Source: an uncultured Alphaproteobacteria bacterium
Lineage (GTDB): Bacteria > Pseudomonadota > Alphaproteobacteria > Rs-D84
Length of the DNA: 64,000 bases
Assembly: GCA_944392595.1 (NCBI GenBank)
Contig: CALXXD010000006.1
Span: forward strand, 7,074 to 71,073
Reading direction: 5' to 3'
The notes under the pieces were generated by a model. It was given only the letters and a program-made list of their open reading frames with translations. It did not search any database and was not told the DNA's origin. Both the position numbers and the translations under genes were made by a program. Shown here piece after piece: positions 10,770 through 19,056 of this stretch (its first letter is position 1; every line of letters starts with the position of its first letter).

Positions 10770-11804
10770 ACGGAACAAAGTTCCGTATCTAGCGGTGGGG
10801 AACTTGGTACGTTCCAGTTGCGGTCTAAGTTCCCCTCCGCGGAGGGGTGCCGCGATACCGGGCCCCACGAAAATGCAATTTTCGTGGGTGGTTGCGGCGG
10901 GGTGGTGTCGCGCCCCGCGCGACGGGGGGTGGGGCTCGCCACCCGAAGCCTTGGCGAAGGGTGGTCTGTCACGAGTAACTAGTAACACTCTTGTCATCCC
11001 GTGGCGCGGGGTCCCCACAAGCACATTTGTGTTTGTGGGGTGCTGTTTGACCACGGGATCCAGGTCATTGATGTCTGCGGGCATTCGCCCGCATTTCCTT
11101 TGTCATTCCCGCGCCCGGGGTCCCCGCAAATACGAATGTATTTGTGGGGTGGATAAGGCGGGAATAGGGTCTATTAAATTTGTATCGCGGATTACAGATA
11201 AATAAAAAGAACACAACGCTGAATTATTCCCCAAATTAAATAACTAATAACAACCCAAGCCCTATTCCCGCCTTCGCGGGAATGACAATAGACTAAGTGG
11301 CTAATTTCGCACTCTCTTACCACCCCGTCCCAACCACCCACGCGACACGTCGCGCGGGGCCCGGGTATTGGGACACCCCTCCAACGGAGGGGAACTTAGC
11401 CCGCGACGGGAACACACTAATGCCCACCGCCCCCGGGCCCCGCGCAAACCCTGTTTGCGTGGGTGGAACCTGGGCGGGGGGTGTCGCGCCCCGCGCGACG
11501 GGGGGTGGGGACTTACCACCCGAAGCCTTGGCGAAAGGTGGTCTGTCACGAGTAACGAGTTACGAGTCACGAGTAACTAACAACCAATGCCCACCGCCCA
11601 AGAGTGGAGATAATAACAATAATTCATCGCATCGGTCGTATGAATGCCCACCGCCCCCGGGCCCCACGCAAACCCTGTTTGCGTGGGTGGAACCTGGGCG
11701 GGGGGTGTCGCGCCCCGCGCGACGGGGGGTGGGGCTCGCCACCCGAAGCCTTGGCGAAGGGTGGTCTGTCACGAGTAACGAGTTACGAGTAACCAGTAAC
11801 TAAA
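10770..11804. repeat. Repeat island 2: about 1 kb mosaic of palindromic modules
   Basis: Contains RE-B/RE-C (11099-11288), two copies of the GGGCGGGGGGTGTCGCGCCCCGCGCGACGGGGGGTGGGG...CACCCGAAGCCTTGGCGAAGGGTGG module, CCCCTCC-loop-GGAGGGG hairpins and CGAGTWA heptamers. All tracked ORFs here overlap on both strands. Confidence 0.9.
11099..11288 (+). mobile_element. Composite RE-B with nested RE-C insert (filled form)
   Basis: Near-identical to 52382-52568 and the reverse complement of 77-263. The extra AT-rich segment is bounded by an 8-nt direct repeat GCGGGAAT. Confidence 0.75.
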
Positions 11805-11820
11805 CGGGGCTTTCGCCCCG
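11805..11820 (-). terminator. Terminator-like hairpin after the MotB-like gene
   Basis: CGGGGC-TTTC-GCCCCG lies 4 nt after the stop, but only a short T-run (TTT) follows on the - strand. Confidence 0.5.
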
Positions 11821-11824
11821 TTTT

Positions 11825-12937
11825 CTATCGATTTGTCAATTGTAACTCTATACGACGATTTTTCTGCAAACTCTGCTGGTCATTGCCCAAGGACACAGGA
11901 TGCAAATCACCAAATCCACTGGGGACCAAACGCCGACGCGAAACACCCGCCGCCGCCAGTTCATTTGCAACCGCATTCGCACGCAGCAACGACAATTCCA
12001 TATTATTGGAATATCCCCGCGTGCCACGCATAACTTGCTGCCGATCTGTATGCCCATCAACACGAATAATCCAATCTATATCCGTCGGGATTTTATTTTC
12101 CAAATCACGTATAACATTCGCAATCAGGCGCAATTGATTTTTTCCCTCGGGCGACAGGGTATAAGAACCACTGCCGAACAAAATATCACTGGAAATTATA
12201 AACCGGTCACCCTGGGTTTCGATAAACTTATCATCCCCCAACGCATCCTTGATTGCCTTGTAAAACACAGATTGATACTGTGCGACATCATTCAATTCAG
12301 CAACCTTGTCGGCCAAAGCCTTGTTCAAACGATTTGACATCTCGACATACTGGATATCTTTTTGATGCGATTCTTCTTCGGCCGCGTCCAAAGCCGCCTG
12401 CAATTTACTTAACTGGCCGGCTAATTCGGCACGCTGGGCATTCATTTCATCCTGTAACACGCGACGTTCTTGCTCTAATTCAGCGGTACGTTGCTTATCC
12501 AAAGTCGCCTGATTCAACTGCGACGTCAGATTTGCAATTTGTTTCTGCAAATCAGTACCCTGGGCCTGTAAAGCAGCAACCTGGGCCTCATAATCTGCAA
12601 TCAATTCATCCATGCTGACATCAACCTGCTGTAACTCGGCCGCCAATTCATTATTATTCTCGGCCAGATTTTCCAACTCGGCGCGCGCCAGAACCAGCAA
12701 ACGTTTGGCCTCTTCCTCGTCAGCGGTCATTTGAACAATACGTTCGGACTGCTCGGCATTAATTTTTTTCAAATCAGCCACAGTCTTTGCGCCTGAATCC
12801 CGATTAAACACATTGGTCGTGGTCCATAAAAACACGAACACAATCAGCAAGAATATCAATATTATCACCAGGTTCGAAAACAAATCGACGAACGCCGGCC
12901 ATGTATTTGCTCTTTCACGAAATCTGATATTCATCAT
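11825..12937 (-). CDS. MotB/OmpA-family peptidoglycan-binding protein with a long coiled-coil spacer
   Basis: MotB-like N-terminal TM (WPAFVDLFSNLVIILIFLL). About 170 aa of Q/E/A/L-rich heptad-like sequence. C-terminal OmpA-like domain (VDGHTDRQQV..NMELSLLRANAVANEL..NRRIEL). Confidence 0.85.
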   Translation of the reverse strand: MMNIRFRERANTWPAFVDLFSNLVIILIFLLIVFVFLWTTTNVFNRDSGAKTVADLKKINAEQSERIVQMTADEEEAKRLLVLARAELENLAENNNELAAELQQVDVSMDELIADYEAQVAALQAQGTDLQKQIANLTSQLNQATLDKQRTAELEQERRVLQDEMNAQRAELAGQLSKLQAALDAAEEESHQKDIQYVEMSNRLNKALADKVAELNDVAQYQSVFYKAIKDALGDDKFIETQGDRFIISSDILFGSGSYTLSPEGKNQLRLIANVIRDLENKIPTDIDWIIRVDGHTDRQQVMRGTRGYSNNMELSLLRANAVANELAAAGVSRRRLVPSGFGDLHPVSLGNDQQSLQKNRRIELQLTNR

Positions 12938-12961
12938 TTTTCTCTCTCTTTTTTACGGGCA

Positions 12962-13711
12962 TTATTCTGTAAATGTGTCTTTTATTTCCCTGATATTATC
13001 GTTTATCTGTGGCAAAATTGTCGCAACGGTATCGGCCGTCACAACACTTGTGTGTGCAGACAGATAATCTTCAACCTCGCGGAAAATGGCATTTTGCGCC
13101 AACTGAACCTGTAACCCCAAAAATCCGATGGTCAAACTGCCCGCCAATCCCATCAGCGAACTGGTAAATGCCGTCGCCATACCCGACAAAGGCCGCGTCA
13201 GACCAGCCTGCATATTTTGCAAAACCGCCTCGTCTGAAAAATCCAGCGCGCCGATTAAATCTGAAAATCCGCCAACGGTCAAAATCAAACCCCAAAACGT
13301 CCCCAGCAGCCCCAAAAATATCAATGTATTGGTGATATATCGCACAGATTCCCGCGAATCTTCGAATCGATTCAAAATCATTTCCAACATACCGTTTAAC
13401 GTCGTCGCAGATATACGCACCGGCCGCGCACGCAATATCAACGCCACAGGCCGCAACAGACGCGGTGGCAAAGCCGCATTTTTGCGTCCTGAAAAATACG
13501 CACGCGCCCATTTATATTCAGGCAATAACTTGAACATTTCGACGAAACACAGCCCAATACCGAAAATAGTTGTACCAATTATAATACCGTTCAAAAATAC
13601 ATTGGCCGCCGCCACGCGCAAAAATGGCCCATAAAACAAAATCAACCCAGCCAGCAAAAACGCCGTGAATAAAGCCATACGATTAAGCGCGCTGTGGAAT
13701 TGCCGTGTCAT
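12962..13711 (-). CDS. MotA/TolQ/ExbB-family proton channel protein
   Basis: 249 aa with multiple TM helices. Family signature region LIFLGLLGTFWGLILTVG and GMATAFTSSLMGLAGSL. Lies 24 nt upstream of the MotB-like gene. Confidence 0.8.
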   Translation of the reverse strand: MTRQFHSALNRMALFTAFLLAGLILFYGPFLRVAAANVFLNGIIIGTTIFGIGLCFVEMFKLLPEYKWARAYFSGRKNAALPPRLLRPVALILRARPVRISATTLNGMLEMILNRFEDSRESVRYITNTLIFLGLLGTFWGLILTVGGFSDLIGALDFSDEAVLQNMQAGLTRPLSGMATAFTSSLMGLAGSLTIGFLGLQVQLAQNAIFREVEDYLSAHTSVVTADTVATILPQINDNIREIKDTFTE

Positions 13712-13804
13712 AAATCTCTCTTCTTTTAATACCTTTACAAGAATGTTAGTAAATTTTTACAATTCAAGTCAAGCAGTTACATAATACATCAAAAATTATA
13801 CGCA

Positions 13805-13829
13805 ATAAAAAATCGCCCAGATGGGCGAT
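13805..13829 (-). terminator. Rho-independent terminator of rplI
   Basis: Hairpin ATCGCCC-AGAT-GGGCGAT (13812-13829) right after the stop, followed by a T-run on the - strand. Confidence 0.8.
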
Positions 13830-13832
13830 TTT

Positions 13833-14444
13833 TTATTCTGCATCTGCCGCTTTTTCTTCGGCCGGCGCTTCTGCTGCACCCTGTTGTTCAGCCGGTTGTT
13901 CCGCCGCGGGTTCCGCTGTATTCTCGGCCCCCTCTTCTTCGGTCTTTTTATTACCGAATGTCAGAACTTTACCTGCAACCAAAGCCTCGATTTCATCTTG
14001 GGTTTGTGCAACATACACTTTAACTGGGACAATAACATCCGGATGCAAAGCGATTTGTGTATCGAACACACCAACTGATTTAATTGGCGCACCCAACATA
14101 ACCTGGGCTGATTCAACGGCAACATTTGCGACCTCGCGCAATGTGCGTGCGATATCACGCGTAGAAACAGAACCGTACAATTGGCCTGTATCGCCAGCCT
14201 GACGGATCATATACAATTTTGCATTTTTAACTGCATCAACATTGGACTCAGCGGATTTACGCGCAGCATCCTGACGCGCCTGTAATTCAGCCTTTTTCGC
14301 TTCAAACAAAGCCACATTTTCACGCGACCAACGCATAGCCTTGCCCAATGGCAACAAATAATTGCGTGCGAAACCAGTTTTAACCTCGACCGTATCGCCG
14401 ATATTGCCCAATTTAGTAATTTTTTCTGTCAAAATAACTTTCAT
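13833..14444 (-). CDS. rplI: 50S ribosomal protein L9 with Ala/Glu-rich C-terminal tail
   Basis: N-domain MKVILTEKITKLGNIGDTVEVKTGFARNYLLPLGKA (start moved to 14444). Extra acidic tail TEEEGAENTAEPAAEQPAEQQGAAEAPAEEKAADAE. Confidence 0.93.
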   Translation of the reverse strand: MKVILTEKITKLGNIGDTVEVKTGFARNYLLPLGKAMRWSRENVALFEAKKAELQARQDAARKSAESNVDAVKNAKLYMIRQAGDTGQLYGSVSTRDIARTLREVANVAVESAQVMLGAPIKSVGVFDTQIALHPDVIVPVKVYVAQTQDEIEALVAGKVLTFGNKKTEEEGAENTAEPAAEQPAEQQGAAEAPAEEKAADAE

Positions 14445-14562
14445 TTTATCTGTCCTTTGTTTCAAGTTAGGGTAAAACCCAAATATTTTTCTGTACCTGA
14501 TTCAGTTATGTGCGGGGATTGGCAGCGTTCACCCCACTCCCCACAAAATCAATCGTAACGTA

Positions 14563-14640
14563 CCAGATGTGTCCGGTTGGGATTGCGTAGTGTATTTGAC
14601 ATACATGAGCAAGCCCAACCGCGCGCAGATGGTGCGCTAT
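14563..14640 (-). ncRNA. Conserved two-stem hairpin element in the rpsR-rplI spacer (unknown family), copy 1
   Basis: Outer stem CGGTTGGGATTG / CAAGCCCAACCG (14574-14585 / 14610-14621), inner stem TGTAT/ATACA, conserved loop GCGTAGTG..CATGAG, flanking CCAGATG/CAGATG. A second copy at 63550-63628 has compensatory changes in both stems. Confidence 0.45.
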
Positions 14641-14649
14641 GATTGATTT

Positions 14650-14877
14650 TTATCCCAGATTGTTGCGAACGAATGGCAACAACCCCAAATGCCGTGCGCG
14701 CTTGATCGCTGTGGATAATTGACGCTGGTCTTTTTGGGATACGCCACTGATGCGCGCAGGAACGATTTTTCCGCGTTCTGTGATAAAGCGCGACAGTGTT
14801 TTGATGTCTTTGTAATCGATAACCTTGTCCTTTAACGGATTAGATTTTTTACGATAAATTGCTGCACGAACTGCCAT
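14650..14877 (-). CDS. rpsR: 30S ribosomal protein S18
   Basis: 75 aa. [49 protein letters not shown] is a typical S18 core. Confidence 0.95.
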   Translation of the reverse strand: MAVRAAIYRKKSNPLKDKVIDYKDIKTLSRFITERGKIVPARISGVSQKDQRQLSTAIKRARHLGLLPFVRNNLG

Positions 14878-15215
14878 TATTCAGCCTCCTCGGTATTCTT
14901 TTTCATCATGATTGACGGTGCATCGGATAACTTATCGACACGAACGTTCAAGAAACGAATAACGTCTTCATCGATACGCGCACGACGTTCAAATTCCGCC
15001 AACTTGTCGCCCGGCAATTCAATGTTCAACATAACATAGTGCGCCTTGCGATTTTTACGAATGATATAGGCCAGATTTTTCAATCCCCAAAACTCGGTGG
15101 ATTTAACATCCCCGCCCAATTCGCGAACAATGTCAGTATATTTTTCCGCTTTTTCTTTGACCTGCGGCTCGGTCAGATCCTGGCGGAAAACCAGGACGCT
15201 TTCATAGTAAGCCAT
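14877..15215 (-). CDS. rpsF: 30S ribosomal protein S6
   Basis: 112 aa. S6-like N-terminus [19 protein letters not shown] overlap with rpsR. Canonical rpsF-rpsR-rplI order. Confidence 0.93.
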   Translation of the reverse strand: MAYYESVLVFRQDLTEPQVKEKAEKYTDIVRELGGDVKSTEFWGLKNLAYIIRKNRKAHYVMLNIELPGDKLAEFERRARIDEDVIRFLNVRVDKLSDAPSIMMKKNTEEAE

Positions 15216-15342
15216 TCAAAGTTTCCTTTGGTTTATACAGCCGACAACCCCATGTCATCGGCAGGAATCCCACCAATTATGCCGAAATTTTTAATAAAAT
15301 CAAGCGTTTTGTTAAAACACACAAAATAACATCACATCCCAC

Positions 15343-15688
15343 AACGGGAATACGAGTCACGAGTAACTAGTAACTCCCCCTTGTCATTGCGAAGGAGCGC
15401 GAAACGTTGAAAACGTTGGCGTACGACTGTGGCAATCCAGTTATAATATGTCTGCGGGCATTCGCCCGCAGTGCTTCTTTATTTACTGGATCGCCACGGT
15501 CGTTTCACTCCCTCGCGATGACAAAGGGGACTAAGTGGATAATCACGCACTCTCTTACCACCCTGTCGGCAAGCCGCCACCTCTCCAATGGAGGGGAACT
15601 TGGTACGTTCCCGTCGCGGAACAGTTCCCCTCTGGCGGGGGGTGGCGGTCGTAAGACCGTCGGGGGGTGGTACGAGTAACTCGTAACT
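15343..15688. repeat. Repeat island 3
   Basis: CGAGTWA heptamers at both ends, an RE-A copy, and the ACTAAGTGGATAAT...CCTCCAATGGAGGGGAACTTGG module shared with other islands. Confidence 0.85.
15381..15524 (+). mobile_element. RE-A MITE-like element (about 144 bp)
   Basis: Terminal inverted repeats TTGTCATTGCGA / TCGCGATGACAA. Internal palindromes AACGTTGAAAACGTT and CTGCGGGC-ATT-CGCCCGCAG. Copies at 18864-18999 (inverted), 51755-51897, 52205-52348 and 56273-56410. Confidence 0.75.
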
Positions 15689-17476
15689 CTATTTCTCGGA
15701 TTCTTTTACTGCTTCGCACGATTGGGCCAGGTATGTTATTACCACCTTGCGGCATTCCGCATCTTGGCCATTCGCAGATGTTGTATCGCACTCGGCAGAT
15801 CCAACACCATACGAATAAACATTCGATGCTGGTACTTTCCCGTCTTTTACCAATGCATCACTGACCGATTTCGCTCGTTTTTCTGATAACGGGTTATTTA
15901 TCGCATCATTACCTGATTTATCCGTATGACCAACTACCTTGATGCACCAATCGGTTATCTCGTTATTCTTCGTTATTAATTCTGCCGCGCCTACAAATTT
16001 CAGCAACTCTTCTTTGGCGTCTTCTCGTAATGTATAACTGTTCAATGCAAACAACTTGTCACTGCCCAAATTAACGCTGTTCGTTTCATCAACAACCATA
16101 GTCGCAGGAACCTTTATACACAATCCGTCGGCATTAACTTGCTTTGGCAATACACATTCGCATCCCGTCCCAGACGTGTTTGGTGTAAATCCATCAACAC
16201 ATACACAGTCTGTAATATTTACATGACCGCCGGTTAATTTGCACTCTCGCGCAATCGTTGTAGTCGGGGTATTGCATTTTGTGTTGTTTGTTTCATCTGG
16301 AACTTTGCCTCTTGGACACACGCACTGGGTCCCGTTTTCATCAGGAACCAAATCTCCTTCGCATGGGACACACGTATTCTCGCTGCTATAAACATTGTTT
16401 CCATTGCACTTGCACTTCGGATAGGTCCCAGTCGATCCAGTCGGACACTTGGCATCTTCGTCACTGGCCGGTAATTTATCCACGCTTTCTTTTAACGTCT
16501 TCATTGCGTCGTATTTAGCAATGATTTCTTTACTTTTGTTTTCAACTTTGTTTTTGCCAGTGTTAAATATCGCATTGCCCGCTATACCAACAACCGCACC
16601 AACCCCAGCCGTTATCGCACCGGTCTTTAATTGTTCGGACGTTTCGGATTTCTGGGCCGCCCAGGCCGCCGCATCCGCACCCTCGGGATTCATCAGCGCA
16701 CGCGCAATCGATGCAAACGAACCACCAGTAACACCAGTCGATACATCGTCATACAACCCAGATGTCGCTGCATCCAGTATCTCGTTCGATTCTATCCCAG
16801 GTGTCATCCCCAACGCTTCTTTCCTGGTCTTTAAATCCGCAGCCAATGTTACGTATTCTGTATATATCGGCAATAATATATTTGCGCCGGGCAGTTCCAC
16901 ATTCATCGTTCCACCAGTTATGTTCATCCCAGCCCCATAATCGCATTTGAATGTCGCAAGGTATGCAGCCATATCCATTTCTGCATCTGAATCAGCGCTT
17001 TGTTCCGCCAACGCAGAACCAATCATCTGACCCCCAATCCCCATCGCACCCATGGCGGCACCACTGGCTAAACGATTACCCAAAGATTGCTCTTGCTCTC
17101 GTAATGCCTCGGCATTCGCCTCTAACTCGTCTATCTTTGCCTGCGATTGTTCCTCGGTCAATGTCGGCTCGGGCTCTGAGTCTTGGTTCTTTTTTGCTTC
17201 TTTTTCTGCTTTTAACGCATCTTCTGCAAGCGCTTCGTCTAACGCTTCTATATTCTCCAAGACTTGACCCTGGGCTGCAATAATTTCCTCTCGATCAATC
17301 TGTTTATCATATTTTTTCATCACTTCATTTGACGTATCCTGGTAAGCGGTTTTCAAATCATCGAACGTTTGTGCGTTTTCCAAACTGGATGTATCAACAC
17401 CATCAGTCTTGGCGGCACCAAACGCAACCAACGGATACAGCAACATCAAAGTGGCAACCAATGGTCTTTTCATCAT
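15689..17476 (-). CDS. Secreted OmpA-domain protein with coiled coil, Gly-zipper segments and EGF-like Cys modules
   Basis: Signal peptide MMKRPLVATLMLLYPLVAFGA. Gly-rich segments (GAAMGAMGIGGQMIGSA; AITAGVGAVVGIAGNA). Repeated CxC..G..PD..G..C modules (CVPCEGDLVPDENGTQCVCPRGKVPDETNNTKC). C-terminal OmpA-like motif VVGHTDKSGNDAINNPLSEKRAKSV. Confidence 0.85.
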   Translation of the reverse strand: MMKRPLVATLMLLYPLVAFGAAKTDGVDTSSLENAQTFDDLKTAYQDTSNEVMKKYDKQIDREEIIAAQGQVLENIEALDEALAEDALKAEKEAKKNQDSEPEPTLTEEQSQAKIDELEANAEALREQEQSLGNRLASGAAMGAMGIGGQMIGSALAEQSADSDAEMDMAAYLATFKCDYGAGMNITGGTMNVELPGANILLPIYTEYVTLAADLKTRKEALGMTPGIESNEILDAATSGLYDDVSTGVTGGSFASIARALMNPEGADAAAWAAQKSETSEQLKTGAITAGVGAVVGIAGNAIFNTGKNKVENKSKEIIAKYDAMKTLKESVDKLPASDEDAKCPTGSTGTYPKCKCNGNNVYSSENTCVPCEGDLVPDENGTQCVCPRGKVPDETNNTKCNTPTTTIARECKLTGGHVNITDCVCVDGFTPNTSGTGCECVLPKQVNADGLCIKVPATMVVDETNSVNLGSDKLFALNSYTLREDAKEELLKFVGAAELITKNNEITDWCIKVVGHTDKSGNDAINNPLSEKRAKSVSDALVKDGKVPASNVYSYGVGSAECDTTSANGQDAECRKVVITYLAQSCEAVKESEK

Positions 17477-18426
17477 TTGTCATCCCCATCGCGTTTGGCA
17501 TCACGTCGCAACTGGCGCACGCGTTTATTAAATGCACGTTCCAAGTCTTCCATTTCGTTCCAGAATGCGTTTAAGATTTTATTTGTTGCCCGCGCAGCCT
17601 TGCGTGCATCAACAGTTTCCTGGGTATCAACACAGACCCAAATACCAAGGAAATTTTTCTTGGCCGCCTTTGGTGGATTTTTAGATTCACATTCTAGCTG
17701 TTTTTGCAGTTCCTTATCGGATTCTGAATTTATTTCATCGACGGAATTTAACGCATCATCGATTGCAGCCTGTTCCATATCGGACTCGAACTTTTGGCGA
17801 TTTAATTCGTCCGTCTGTTTTTCTGTACTTTCGTCAATATCGTTAAATTCCGTTTGAATATCCTTGTCCAACTGGCGCGAGTCAGCATTTACATCTTTTT
17901 TCAGTTCCTTATCGGATTCCTGTTCTAATTGTTTCACATCTTTGCTTATACTTTTATCCGCTTGACGTGCGACCTGGGCATTTAATCTCTCTAATTTTTC
18001 TGCATCATATTCTGGGATAGGTTCGGGCTTGACGATTCCTTTACAAACGCATCCGTCACCAGTTCCACTGCCGCTGCTGTATGTGCCCCCACCATCAGCA
18101 CATTTGCCACGACACAGGGCGTAATAATATTCTTCCAATAAACTGTTGGGGCGCATACTTTCTGGTTTTATCGTATTGCAGGTAATTACTATGCCTGCCT
18201 GGTCAACAGTAACGTTGTTACCCGCGGTGGTCATACAGAATTTTCCCGTCAAATGATTGTCAAAGGCCTTGCGACCACCCGTGTTTAAATCAGCATTTAC
18301 AAAATCCCAATCAGAAATCATACCAGTGTAACGAACAATACTGCCGACAACTGTATAATCCGCACCCCGCGCCAAACCAGGAACTATCACAATGACGGCA
18401 ATAAAAATACTGCGAAATAACTTCAT
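17473..18426 (-). CDS. Secreted protein with Cys-containing N-domain and K/D/E-rich coiled-coil tail (unknown function)
   Basis: Signal peptide MKLFRSIFIAVIVIVPGLARG (start moved to 18426). The stop overlaps the start of the OmpA-domain gene (ATGA). Confidence 0.7.
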   Translation of the reverse strand: MKLFRSIFIAVIVIVPGLARGADYTVVGSIVRYTGMISDWDFVNADLNTGGRKAFDNHLTGKFCMTTAGNNVTVDQAGIVITCNTIKPESMRPNSLLEEYYYALCRGKCADGGGTYSSGSGTGDGCVCKGIVKPEPIPEYDAEKLERLNAQVARQADKSISKDVKQLEQESDKELKKDVNADSRQLDKDIQTEFNDIDESTEKQTDELNRQKFESDMEQAAIDDALNSVDEINSESDKELQKQLECESKNPPKAAKKNFLGIWVCVDTQETVDARKAARATNKILNAFWNEMEDLERAFNKRVRQLRRDAKRDGDDK

Positions 18427-18618
18427 TCTCTCTGAAATCCTTGTACATTGCATTATGGCACATTTGCCGAAAATAATCCAACCTTTTTTTTCGGCATTTT
18501 TCAAAGATAAAAAAAGGCGGAATTCTGGTTCTTTTTCTTTTGGGCTTTATGCCGTTTGCAGTCCTTGGATTTTTTTGGCAAATATGCGATAATTCTGACA
18601 GACGGATTAACAGAGAGA

Positions 18619-18723
18619 ATGAAAAATTTTCAATACATTTTTGCGATCTTGATCGCGTTTATGCCGTTAAGCGCATTTGCAGACTATACGGTTACCGGTG
18701 TTGTTAATATTGCCATTGCCTGA
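18619..18723 (+). pseudogene. 5-prime remnant of a paralog of 17473-18426, truncated at the edge of repeat island 4
   Basis: A 34-codon ORF, MKNFQYIFAILIAFMPLSAFADYTVTGVVNIAIA, consists of a signal peptide plus ADYTV.G, matching the mature N-terminus GADYTVVGSIV of the divergent neighbour. It is preceded by AGAGAGA and ends where the repeats begin. Confidence 0.5.
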
Positions 18724-19026
18724 TGCTGGTGTAGAGGTTGTTATGGGTGGCGACACATTAATGACAAATAATCGTGACTTTACCCCACAAACACGAATGT
18801 GTTTGTGGGGACCCAGGGCGCAGGAATGATAAGAGTGGTGTGTGCTTATCCACTTACTCCCCTTTGTCACCCCGTGGCTTGACCACGGGGCCCAGGTAAA
18901 TAAAAAAGCACTGCGGGCGTTTGCCCGCAGACATATTGCACTGGATTGCCACAGTCGTACGCCAACGTTTTCAACGTTTCGCGCTCCTTCGCAATGACAG
19001 CGGTGGTGGCACAAGTACCGAATAAC
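18724..19026. repeat. Repeat island 4
   Basis: A degenerate RE-B core (CCCCACAAACACGAATGTGTTTGTGGGG) plus an inverted RE-A variant. Confidence 0.8.
18864..18999 (-). mobile_element. RE-A MITE-like element, inverted, variant left arm
   Basis: The right two thirds are near-identical to the reverse complement of 15381-15524. The left arm is replaced by hairpin CCCGTGG-CTTGA-CCACGGG, also seen at 10995-11070. Confidence 0.65.
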
Positions 19027-19053
19027 TAAAAAAAATCCCGCCATTGGCGGGAT
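19027..19053 (-). terminator. Rho-independent terminator of the ygiW-like gene
   Basis: Hairpin ATCCCGCC-ATT-GGCGGGAT followed by a long T-run on the - strand. Confidence 0.8.
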
Positions 19054-19056
19054 TTT

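Noticed and set aside
10727-11803. Seven to eight ORFs of 62-168 aa in repeat island 2 (for example 10795-11205 and 11297-11803).
   Set aside because: The peptide strings (..TRSLGEGWSVTSNELRVTSN..) recur because the DNA repeats recur. Both strands are open, there is no Shine-Dalgarno context, and the sequence is the same as in other islands in either orientation.
10770-11804. Possible CRISPR array in the repeat islands (also 51700-52814 and 56017-56692).
   Set aside because: There is no fixed-length repeat alternating with unique spacers of regular size. The repeats belong to several different families and occur in both orientations and nested. No cas genes are present in the window.
11825-13711. 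MotA/MotB-like pair as a Zorya-type (ZorAB) anti-phage system.
   Set aside because: The long coiled coil is on the MotB-like protein, not a ZorA-type cytoplasmic tail. The MotA-like protein is only 249 aa. No ZorC/D/E-like genes are adjacent; the neighbours are rplI and a repeat island.
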